Part shown: in pieces, positions 1-11,673 of the stretch
Position numbering within the stretch: the first letter of the stretch is position 1
How the letters are laid out: every line of letters starts with the position of its first letter
Source of the DNA: Styela clava
Taxonomy: Eukaryota
Length of the DNA: 64,000 bases
Direction of reading: 5' to 3'
NCBI RefSeq assembly: GCF_964204865.1
Contig: NC_135258.1
Location: 10,850,001-10,914,000 of the forward strand
Position numbers and translations under genes: made by a program
The notes under the pieces: generated by a model
The model's database searches: none
The model's input: the letters and a program-made list of their open reading frames with translations, nothing else
Told to the model about the DNA's origin: nothing

Positions 1-357
1 TTCACCTGTACATTTCCACATAGAATCCCTGAATTTAAATAACGTCTAACCGCAAATAAGGTACGATAACTTATTGTATTGTAAAAAAGTTGTTTTATAT
101 TTGTACAATAATGATTGGATCAAACAAACATCGTAATTTTTGTGTCGACTGATCAATCATTATGTCGCAGACAACCATATTTTTTAAAGTATCTGATTCA
201 GTTTAAATATAAAACGAAATATCTTAGAATATACATTGCGAAAGCTAGCTTTTAAAATTGCATCTTTATCTTTCCACTCTAACAGTTCTTGAATCCGAAC
301 ACTTTTCCATCTTCATTTTTTGTTCTTCCCTTATACCGATATAGTTAACCCCTAGTG

Positions 358-3300
358 TCAAACTCGAAAAACACCAACTCGTTGTCGACATTTAATGTCC
401 GCGACAGGTAGTTTATCTCCAGTCCACGGCTTATAGTACATCCTGGGAGCGTCGTTAACATTCAAAGGCTCGAATACCTGAAAATAAAGTAGCAATGCTT
501 ATGGCCACGGCTATCATGCTCAAGAACATATTAGTGAGCTCTGAGAATTTCAATTGATTAATTAGGACTCCAACTCGTTCGGATATCCGGCTATCGATTG
601 ACAATATATTTGTGCTTGTCAAATTTTTACCTCGAATTTACTCCCTATTTTTCACGGATAAGAATCCATGGATTCATGGATAGATAATGAAATTTCGCTA
701 ACAAACTTTGATACTATCAAATATCAATTTATTTTAGTTTCAAATTTTCAACTTGATCTGACATTTCTAATATCTTGGAGTCTGAAATTTATATTCCGGA
801 GAGATAATAATTTTTACTCTAAATCTTGCAAGTCATAGAAGACTTCGTGTCCAGTTCTATAACATAAATGCCAGATTACTGACTCCAAATCCAAATTATG
901 AAAGAATTATAAAAGGACATAACAATAGCCTTGTGTTAAAAATTTGGCTTACTCTAAGACCATGAACTTGATGAGCGTATTCAGAAGCAGATCTTCGCCT
1001 TACAAATGCTACATCACGTTGACTTTTTACCGATGGTGACGGTGTAGCATAAGACAATTTCGTCATTGGAACAACTGCCAGTGAAGCACGTCTCATGGGA
1101 AGTGTGGGGGACAATCTTGTAGAATGTTGTGGATGAACTAAATTTGGTGGGGCGGACATGGTACCGTTTTGTCTGCCGGGGACAGTAAGCAAGGGCCGGG
1201 AAAATGTAACACTTGGTCGTTTCTTTACATAATTTGATGGAGGCCTGGAAAAATACAAGAATGTTTTTTTTTTTGAAATATCATTCATTTTAATTCTAAA
1301 TCTACAACAATGGTAAATTATTAGTACTTTTTTGGGCTTGCAAAAACCAACCTATAGGCTAAGGTCGCAAATATGAGCACACCTGAGTTGCCAGAACTGA
1401 CTGGGTGGCCAAGTTGGCCTGGAATCTTTTATAGATCTCGAGGCATCGTTTTGAACTTTCGGTATTCGGGTAGGGTTACCATATTTTTGTGACCTCAAAG
1501 CGGGACGCCTATACGAAGACCATATCTGTGATTTTTAGGGGCCTACATTCAAAAACATCCCGGCTGTCTTCCTTGACCATATTGTCATCGAGAGTTCATG
1601 CGATGTCCGTCTAAATATCGGTTTCGGTTTGAAAAATAGAAAGGAATTTACGTTGACGTTAAGCACCCTTTTGGCATACGCATGGTAAGCCTGTAATTGG
1701 GCATTCAATAAAGTAAGCCACCATGAAGAATACCTTGGAACAGGACTCGGCGACTGACTTTGTGTCCTTGATGGCAGTATTTGAGTTGTGTTTGCTGTTT
1801 GTGGTCTGGGTTGATTTGCAATAAGTTTTCCGACTTCATTTGTCGCTATAAATCGATAAAAATCAGTATGAAATCCAAAGTTAGCAGCGTTCTATCTTGC
1901 TCTAAAGGTAAACAAACTATCTATCTGAACGCAATCTGTAAGCTGTTTCTGGCAAGATACCTTTTAGAACAGCAGAATATGTGCGCAAAGCTTCTCCGTA
2001 CGAATGCCTCCTCTTGCAATGAACTGAATTGCGTCGAATGGTCGGTGTTCCGCATCTGAAAGGTGTAACTGGACTTCTAGGTGGCTTTTTGGAAAAGTTA
2101 CTCTCTGACGTTCGTGATGGTGTAACTTCTGTTTCTGTTCCGTTAATTTGTATGATCGGCATGGTCTTATTACGGGTTAGTTCTGTGAATATTAGAATAT
2201 TAAAATAAAATATTTCGCCGGTAACAGACGCAGATACAACTAAAAAATCCTCATTTATTTTTTCACATTTCTAATCTGTTTCATTTCTAACTGGGGTAGA
2301 TTGTTACATTCATAACGCTGTTCTAATTAAGGAAAGAGAATGATGAATGCAATCGCCTCTGCCGTAGATCAAATATCAATATATTCACGGTATATATATC
2401 AATAAGAAATAACTACAGGTAAAATATTCGTACCAGGCATCTGATGCGTTGTGCCCTTTGATCGATCCCTTTTAAAACCTTCCATCAATTCTGGATGAAC
2501 AATATTTCTTGGAACGCTTAGAGACCATAGAAATCTAGAACAACAAAAAATTATCAGAGTGGAAAAATCATACAAAGACAGAGATTTTCGTGACTGTTCA
2601 TATAAATATTTTTATTTCTCAAACATGGAAATCTCAGACTGTTGTTAAAAAATGGCGCTAAATGTATATATATCACAGCCGGCTTGCTAAACAATTCAAT
2701 GAGCGCTGTGAAATGTAAAATACTAAGCTAGTTTTGCTCTCATTTACTGACCTGTTCCAGAGCTTGATAAGTTTCTTGCTGTGAATAGTTGTGACATCTA
2801 AAAATTGAACCGCTTGTGGGCTTATCTGCTGGGCTTTTACGTGATCTTTTTTCATTGACTTCTCGTTGTTTTGGAGCCGCAAACCTTCCATGAAATTGAA
2901 TGTCATCTGCGAGGAAATAGAGAATTTAATAAATTCAACTATAGACTATGCTATGAAATCAGTGATGTTTCAGTATAAAGATTAAATATCCTGAACGAAT
3001 TAATTGGGCCGAATAAACAGAAGTCAAACCTCGTTACGAAGCCTTGTGGAGAAAAACTTCCAGCATAATCTAAAATGAGCAAGTCCGGAGCACCCGAATG
3101 ACCTTGAAACATGAAAAATATTATGGGAGTTCGTACATATAGAGCGGAGTTTCAAGACGATTGTGAAATATTGTGTTTTATAAATTAGTAAATGCTATTA
3201 CCGGAACGTGAAAGTCATTATACCCTTTTAAATTGAAGTGGACACATTTTCTCCCTTTAAACCGGATGGCGGGAGGATAGTCTTACGAGAACGTTTGGAG

Positions 3301-5842
3301 TTCCACCGAGACGAGAATGACGTAATACAACTACATTTAACTCACTCAATTGTTTAGTAAATAATATGCATATTACAACTCGTGTGAAAATGTTACCCGA
3401 AACGGCTGGTCAATAGATCCTCGCAACAGTAACGCGCATACATGGCATGGATTGTATCGCAAAGCTCGATTTAGATCATCCACAGCTTTTTCTGTGTCCT
3501 TATTTGTGTTCCACAACAAAGCCCTGAATTTACAAAACGTGTTTGAACACAATGAGAGTAAGCTTTGTAAAAACATCGTGACAGGTTGTCAAAACAAGTA
3601 TGGCCAGTGGAAGGTAGCACCACTCTTTTCAAAATTATGTAATCCTCATGTATGGCATAATTTTAAAAAAAGGATAATAGTCTATGTAATTGGATGTAGA
3701 CCAGACGAATAGGCTGGACCATTGTGTCATAAGGTAATCCATTATTTCGAATCTTTCACCAATAGAAACATAATGGTGTTATTTTAGGACTAATAGGATT
3801 TCCTTGCCATTGAGGTTGTGGGGAATAAATGTCACAAAAATGTAACACAACTTAAAAATGTCCGTATTTATTACTTGAAAACAATGATTATCATTACTCT
3901 TTGGTGGAGAAAGCTATGATTCATTAAATAATCAATTTTACTAATCAAAAATACCTTATACAAAATAAGTCTGAGTTCCTGGTGTCCAAAACAACTGCTT
4001 TTTCGATGTCAACGAAAGCGTTTTTCATATCTCCCGCCCGTGCGTGGGCATACGATCGTTTGGCCAAGACCGGAGTTTGGAAGCAAGAGTTCGAATTACA
4101 TCCAGCTAGACAGCCATTCTGTACGACAAAATTATTACACAAATGTAGAACAGGATTCATGTCTGTTCAATTTCCAAATTGAATTACAATAGAATGACAG
4201 AAAAATTTTCATCAAACACGCAATTATAAAATGCAACTTTATGTGAACTCTGATACATCATAGCAAATTTATTGTACACTTTCGAAACACCATCCGTTAG
4301 GTCTCGATTCCACAATAGTTGCCATCTCCTTATACACATATAAAGAAAAATTTAGACAATAGCAAAAATATATTTCATATTGTTACAGCTATAATAATAG
4401 GTATTATATGTTTAACAGAATTATTATTTACTTAAAATCAATCGATACGAGTCATCACATGTACCTGAAACATAGAATGTAGCGAATTTACTGAAAGTGT
4501 AAGAAAATGGAATTGACCAAACCTTATGAATATTAACAGCGTTCATTGCTTGTGTATATGCACCGATAGCTTCTTTGTGTCGCTCGAGATTCTGTAATGC
4601 CACTCCCAAGTGATAGTACGACTCATATATCAACATCACATAAGAATCTGTTATCGTAAAACCTTGAGGCATTGACGGTCTTGATATCAGTTTCAGCAAA
4701 GCCCTATACACATCAACAACCTGGAATGATAATAACGGAATTGTTTTAATTTGAGGAAATTCTTATGATCGGTTAAATCAATTGGTTAAATCAATTCTAC
4801 AGCGATTGAAAATAGACTTATAGTGATTTTGTTATAACGTCTTTGTCAAAATGAAAAGGGTCGAGCATGGCTTGTATGAAACTAAATTAGTTGACTGGTA
4901 AACGTATATATAAGTCTTGCATATAACACTTCAATTTCCGATATGACAAGATCTGGCGATCAGATCAGAATTCCCGATTTAGGCACGGCAATTATTTCAC
5001 AATCCCCTTAGAATACTACTGTGACAAGCTATATATGTACAAGCACCTAGATATTATTTCGTCTGTTGAAATCAATATTTCCCACTTGACCTTGGTGTAT
5101 ATCAAAATCAAGTATCGTTATAAGAGCGCAGTGATATTAACAGAATACTTATACCACTTATATTACTATTAGTCACAAAGTAAAATAACAGTTTATCTAA
5201 CTTCTAAATGATTTTGAAATGCAACAAAATGTATATGACATATCATTAGCGCGAATATTTGATCGGAGTACACTCTGTATTTTTTTTGAAATAATATATT
5301 TGTAAAACAAGATGTTGCCACTAGAGATTCATAAAGAATTTCATGCTCATTCAATGAAACATAAAAGATCGTAACAAGTTATGTTTCAATTCAGTGAACA
5401 TATTAGTTATCGAAACACTTTAACTGTGACGTACCCCACGTGTACTTATCCCACAGTTATCATATTCATCTTTCAAGTCATCGTATATGTTACGTTCATA
5501 CGAAGATCGATCCTTGCACCCAAGTATTTTAGAATAATAATATGCGAAGTATTTGTAATCTCGGATTTGCATATAAATCATCGTTTTGTAATAGTACATA
5601 AAATTTCATTCTCCTACCTTTTCCCATCTTCTGGCTCTTTCATTCATGATTGCACTTCTGAGATAAAATTCCGCCTGCGACTGGATTTCCACCATCTTTT
5701 CCAGTGGGTCAATCGCCATTTCTTTCGTACGTGTAGGAGGGCGCATGTTGTCGTCACCAAATTCTTCTAAAGCTGTTGATGCTAGACTGCTTGCAATACT
5801 ATAACAAGACGCACGTCTGTTGTCGTTTTCTGAATACCCCAT
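358..5842 (-). CDS. Uncharacterised TPR-repeat protein, 10 exons, ~571 aa
   Basis: Phase-consistent GT-AG exons 5842-5618, 4720-4523, 4118-3955, 3523-3397, 2906-2752, 2534-2434, 2182-1961, 1845-1734, 1244-953, 477-358 (1716 nt, TGA at 360-358). TPR-like helices: YYHLGVALQNLERHKEAIGAYTQAM, AHARAGDMKNAFVDIEKAVVLD, KAVDDLNRALRYNP. C-terminal half is Pro/Ser/Arg-rich. Confidence 0.8.
1471..1693. mobile_element. Degenerate hAT-type MITE (Blackjack-like termini) in TPR-gene intron 8
   Basis: Left end TAGGGTTACCATAT; right end reverse-complements to CAGGCTTACCATGC. Flanks tattcggg / taattggg (6/8, decayed TSD). Confidence 0.5.
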
Positions 5843-6791
5843 GATAATTGATGAAATTATAAACCTCGAAAACTTTCTTTTATTTCAGGATATCTTTAAA
5901 CCACGGATTTCATTCAACAGGTGAATAAAAGCACAATTAAGCAATTACTGACGTCGACGAATTCTCCAATTAAAATTCCACACTTTGAACTGGCTTTAAC
6001 TTCTGCTCCCAACTGAACCTTCCATCAATTAAAATAGGATTCGAAAATCTTTGGACGGCCCGATGTTACGGATCTAGTCGCGACTATAGATAGCATGGGG
6101 TCGTATTTATAAATATTCCTAAGCGATTTTTTCTTTGATATTGATGACAGCAATATGGAATTTAATACTTTAGATTTTATTACGAGTAATACCCAGCCCA
6201 TTGGGGCCGCGATATATCATCGAATTTCTATTCATACAACACGATACAATTACAATTGTTTTCACAGGCATTTAATTGTTGTCAAACACGCTTACTAAAC
6301 AAGGTATAGTATTATTTATGGGATTACACAATTCTCGACTAAACAATATCTGGAAACAGATCGGTTTGCCCCAACAAACATTACGTAATGCGGCATTCTG
6401 ATCGATTTTCTGATAAATGAGCGCCATCTATTATGTCAGAATACATATAATTTGAGCGACATCCATTGCGATCATAAAAAATAAAGTTGTGGTGAATTTG
6501 TCAGTCAGTCTTTTAGGAGTAAAACTACAAAAGCGATAAATTTTGGAGGATTGGCCTGATTTTAAAACGATCTCACATGTTATCTGATGTCAAATTTTTG
6601 CAAATTAGCATTTTGTGGGAAAGCATTTTGCAGAAATTCATCATTTCGAGTAACATAAATTTATCAGATACCGAGGGGGTTCTACTGTATTCCAAAGCAA
6701 CGAAATCATGTCATAACCAAAGTTTGTTAACTTTTATCTTCTCCTTTACCCTGTGGCTAATTTACCCCTAAACTCTGTATACTGTCTATTC

Positions 6792-7116
6792 CAGAGTTAC
6801 TCAAACTGGGCCCTCGGTCATCCCTAGAGGGTCCCGGAGGGGTTTTTTGGGGAGCACGAAAATCCACTGGTTATCATTTACGATAACTATATCGATTTAA
6901 CGTAAATTACCTGTTGTTTGTTTCATTCTTCGAACGTAATGAACTTATTATTTTACTTTCGTTGGTTATTTTTTATTATTAAACGTCACGGATAAAATAC
7001 CTGATGGAACCGATTGAAAACAAATCCATTTTTTATTGAAGACCAGGTGGTCAGACTCACAAGTATTGAGAATGTTTAGGATGGGCCTACGGTTCATAAA
7101 AATTTGAGATCTACTG
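6792..7116. mobile_element. hAT/Charlie-type MITE
   Basis: Ends CAGAGTTACTCAAA ... TTTGAGATCTACTG (degenerate CAGTGGTTCTCAAA). Perfect 8-bp TSD gtctattc at 6784-6791 and 7117-7124. Confidence 0.75.
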
Positions 7117-8071
7117 GTCTATTCCATGTGTGTTGTAAGTAAGAGATGAAAGAAAATGGCGCTGGGCTAAGACAAATAACATAATAGCATCTATTGCGCA
7201 ACATAGAACGTTGAATTTTGGTCAAATTCACTCCCAAGGCGGAAGTTGGGAACCTCTACTCTGAACGACTTTCACTCGTAAACGTATTTCTCAATATAAC
7301 ATAGAGGATGCTGCAATGTACAGGTCATGGCGAATAATATAAATGCTAAGCATAAGCTAGGGACACATAAACAGATCCAAAGTTACGATTGGTAAAAAGC
7401 ACTAAGCCTGCCTGACTTTTACCTCCCATACGCTTTAATTAACCCCCTTTAATCCCAAAGTATTAAATTCAATAGTTTATTTTTACCGACTCATACTCAT
7501 GATCCAGTCTAGACTTCTTGTCACACTATTGAAAGACGCCTCGAATGTACAGAACTTACATCTCAATATTTGTCAAGTTGAAGCTTTTGTTACATTGTTT
7601 ACTTTAATAAACGAAGCCTCTGAATCGTGTGTGAGCCGGGTTGATTATATATATCAAAAATTGACTTTGCATTCGGTTAGCGTAAGTTATATAAATATTT
7701 GTTCGACTCGTAAGAACGTCACAACGATCTGATTTTGGGCATCCTGGTAAAGGCGCGTAAAATTGAATGGCATGCCATGACTTTCCCTCTGAAGACGCAC
7801 GCGTGGTTTGACCGCTCATCTATCGTAAATAGGGATATCAAAGTAGGGGCTGTAAGAAATTTTTCGGGGTCAAAGGACATCGATACACAAATTGCAGTTC
7901 ATAATTTCCATATATATTCCAAGCGCCTAGAGAATGTCGCTTACCTAGGATATAGCAAGCGAAAATAAAATTATGGCGATGGAGCTTTAGATAAGGATCG
8001 TAATGATGAGCCCTAATACAAAGCAGGCAAACTCCGACACTCACTAATTTATTATATTCAGGTGTAAAATC

Positions 8072-10963
8072 CAGTGGCGGCGCGTGGTCATTTTGACAAC
8101 CGGGGCAAGCTACTGCGGGACCAAGTCACCCCCATCTACGGGGACAGGATGAGCGCTGTAAGTTCTCCCATCATTTTATGAGTATAAAAACCATTCCATC
8201 GGTAACAACCAATCGGCAAAAGCGACAATTTTTAACGATAAGAAAGTGTCTTTAAAATCGGTCCAAGTCAAGGGATTAATAAATATAGACATAGTTTATT
8301 TTGAAACCTCTTTCAAAAGGAAAGGCAATATTTACCCAGATAAATACAATGACATATTAACAGAAACTTCGGGAAAGCAGACAAAACCTAAAATAAGGTT
8401 TAAAACGTTACTATGAAGAAAGGAAAGTTAATGCAAAGATAAGGACATGCGTCGCTCACTCATAGATATATATGCTGGCAATGCTGCTAGACTTCTACTG
8501 CTTGAACATATATGCAACACGCCGCGGTTTCTTGGAAGCAAAATGCTCAATAACGCGCTGATTAAAGTCATGCATCCCAGAAATAACGTCTCTGTGAATG
8601 GATAAAACAGCCAAGGAATTTAATCTATCTTGCTTCATTGTGTTTCTGAGATACGTTTTAATACGCTTCAGCGTGCTGAATGTTCGCTCTGCGTCGGCGG
8701 AGAAATAGGCGTCGTCAAAATGATGTCCAGAAATTTAGTTTGATTGGTGTATATACATCGCAATTCATTTTTCAATTTACCCACGTTTATCATGGGGTAA
8801 AATATGGAGACAGTAGCCAACAAATGGATGGGAAATTGACGTGCAAATTTTGAAAAATTTTTGGGGTTTATCAAAGAGAACGCGGCAAGGTGTTCAGTGC
8901 GCAGACGATCGCCTATTTGATTCACCAGAATGTCACAGCATTCCTTCGCAGACAAAATCAAACGGCGCGGCGTAAAGAAGCACTCCATGTGTCGTCGTAT
9001 TTTATTGTTTCCCGGATACGAGATACAGCATCGCAGAAGTCTGAAATACACGACTGCACAGACGCTCCATTCATTAGCCTTGACTGCAATGCGCCGTATA
9101 ATACATCCACGTGATAGAATATTGTGGAGAAAAAAGCGAGAAAAAATCAAAACTCACCATCTTCGAGCAGACGCTTTAGACCTGCCGCCTCCCTCACAGA
9201 GCGTTCGTCCCAAACCGGAGAGCTCTGAATGCCATTGAAACACTCAATGAGCTCAGACCTAATTTCGGACACGCCCTGCACCACGCGTGATTGGAAGTTC
9301 CAACGTGTTGGTGCACAAGCTGGGAGACGGCGGCTACATATCTGGCGAAGGAGGTCAGAGCGCTTCGGCGAAACGGAAAAAAATGAAGAAAACCCCGAAA
9401 CATTTGCAAAAAATATACGGACGAGAGGGGTATCAAGACACATATTTTTAATAACGAGGTTAAATTGGTGTGCATAACAATGTAAAAAATGCGCATGAGG
9501 AAAATCTTCTTTTATATAAACTTGAACACCATGTTTCGACCCACTCATGACTGCCGCGCCGTCATAAGTTTGAGCTATCAATTTTGACTTCGCGTTGTAA
9601 GGCTGTAACACTTCTTTCAGTACAGTCGATATCCCGCAATCCGTGCGATCAACGATTGGTACAAAGCTGTGAAATCTCTCGGTAGGTTTACCATCTTTCA
9701 CGAACCGAAAAATCACAGCCAGTTGGGAAACGCACGTGATGTCAGTTGTCTCGTCAGACTGAATCGAAAGGAACTGGCAATTCTCAATTTCCAGAGCCAA
9801 ATGTTGTAAATAAATTTTATACATTGAGTCGAGCAAATCATTTTGGATATCCTTAGATGTCCCTTTCGAAACAGTTGCGGCATCAAGATGATCTCTCAAT
9901 ACTGTATCTAGGGATGTGGTGTATTCCACCATATCCAAAATCCCCCTCTATTAGAAGAGCCAGCCTGTTCATCGTGCCCACGGAGGGACAGCTCGTGACA
10001 ACCAATGAACTTCAAAACATCTATCAATCGACCGAGAACATGGCGGTTTTTCTCGACGTTTTGGTTGTGCCGACGAATAGAAACCGCGCGTCCTTCATCC
10101 AACTGTGCTGCAATATTAACATTTCCGAATGTTCGGTATTTTACTGCATTGTCCAGATGCTCCATAGAAGATTGATGATCCGTGGCACGCTCGGAAAGAT
10201 GTTTAAGATCTCTAAAACCAAATTTACACCAACGTGAGTCACGGGCGGTAGCAAAAAGTAGGCAATAAAAACAAAAAAGTGCATTTTTGTCCTCGCTGTA
10301 ACACAACCATTCGTGTTTTTTATATCAAGTTTCTGCGCAGAATGTACGCCGACGCTATGGGATTGTTCCAGTGAACAATTTTTTGGTTGATAAGGCCCAA
10401 GACGTTGTACCTCCAATTTTTGTTCCAGCGGCAGCTGCGAAAACGGAGTGCGAAGTAGTGCATCAACCTTATTCATTATGAGGTCTAAGGCTAAGAAATG
10501 CGAAGTCGGAAAGAAGTGAGGAGCTCAAAAGGAATGTGGAAAATCGAAAGCAAATGGACTAAAGGTCTCTAACTGATTCAAATAGCGAAACAAGCGACAA
10601 AAACGAAGGCGAGGAAACTATCAACTCTTCAAGCAACCAACGAACGAGAAGGAATGCGTGAATATGTCAACACGTTGTTGTAAGAAACGTCGGCATAGTG
10701 TCGTCATAATTTCGGGGCTAGCCCCGATGATTTAGTAAAAGAAACAGAAAACAAACGCGGCGAGTGGAAGATAAAAGAGAGAATACGATATACAATGAGC
10801 AACCGGGGCAAAATCGGCGTCGCCCCGTCGACGTTCGGCGAAGGCTTTGCGAGCGAAAAATGAACCATGTCGGGAGAATATGGCTAGTGTAGACAGTCTG
10901 TGCAACCGATATTGAGGTATTTTTCGAATATTTTTTTTCGGCCCTATTGACGCGCCGCCACTG
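8072..10963 (-). mobile_element. hAT DNA transposon (2892 bp; ZMYM1/DUF4371-type transposase)
   Basis: Perfect 14-bp TIRs CAGTGGCGGCGCGT (8072-8085) / ACGCGCCGCCACTG (10950-10963). Perfect 8-bp TSD gtaaaatc (8064-8071, 10964-10971). Internal transposase remnants. Visibly more GC/CpG-rich than the flanks. Confidence 0.95.
8495..10476 (-). pseudogene. Disrupted hAT transposase
   Basis: Pieces in different frames: TTF-type Zn-finger region (LFCFYCLLF...W..GF...H..S..H), LRGHDE, SIQSDETTD, QTYDGAAVMSG, HCYAHQFNL, TRW and hATC tail ADAERTFSTLKRIKTYLRNTMKQDRLNSLAVLSIH...MFKQ* (TAG 8497-8495). Frameshifts near 10350, 9940, 8965 and 8700; in-frame TGA at 9149-9147. Confidence 0.92.
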
Positions 10964-11049
10964 GTAAAATCGATAGCATAATACCTATACACAACTCTAG
11001 TTCTATGCAAACTTATTGGAACAGCCTGCATCTTAACACAGTCAATTAA

Positions 11050-11196
11050 GTAGGATAGGATTTACATATCCTGGAAGAGAGGAAAGTCGACAAGACGGCT
11101 TAATCATATGGCGAACCTCGGCATCTCGTCCGGTTGCCAAACCATCTCTGTTATGGGATTAGTCAGTCAGTTATTTGTTTTAGGAAGCATGGACTG
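11050..11196 (-). repeat. Probable 5'-truncated SINE (3' part)
   Basis: Reverse complement shares blocks with 17785-17910 (agtc..cct.aaacaaata..tgac, ggttc, atatg..aa.cctatcc). Confidence 0.5.
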
Positions 11197-11202
11197 GGGT
11201 CA

Positions 11203-11262
11203 AACTTCTTCAGTCAATTGTGATTGAGCAAAGAAGTTCAATTCTTCCCAAGTAAAAAGTAA
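11203..11262 (-). pseudogene. 60-bp diverged copy of part of CDC123 exon 7
   Basis: Translates LLFTWEELNFFAQSQLTEEV* versus LLFTWEELNSFVQSQLTEED at 12667-12608. Gap-free alignment, about 8 substitutions. Confidence 0.8.
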
Positions 11263-11673
11263 ATTTCACGCAACTAGTTTGATACTCGCCAGAAGATGAC
11301 AGTCCTAACAAGCGGTGAAAAATGCATTGGGCGTACAACACGCATTGAGCAGAGGTACAACACTGGGTATACAGTAAAGTCAACAGCAAGATTTATACTT
11401 TGAGCAAACTCAACCATATCGATATCTGCATATTTTTATTGAATTCTATCGCGGAATCTTGTTCAGTCTCCTGACATTTTGTTCTATATCCGTTTACAAA
11501 AGAAGTATTACAAAATTTTATTATGCGCACAAAAATTTAATTCGAACTATTTTGGCCTATCACATTGCCATGCCATGTAGGCAACATCCAACAGAAGCAC
11601 CAGATCAATTGATCATGCCAATTTCACATCGGCTTTCCATAACACCTAATCATCATTGGAATTGGCTATCTGT

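Noticed and set aside
3030-3102. Possible extra exon of the TPR gene
   Set aside because: It has a stop in the required phase, and exons 4 and 5 join in phase without it.
8890-11031. Plus-strand and alternative-frame ORFs in the hAT element
   Set aside because: Shadows of the GC-rich transposase and subterminal sequence, with no independent motifs.
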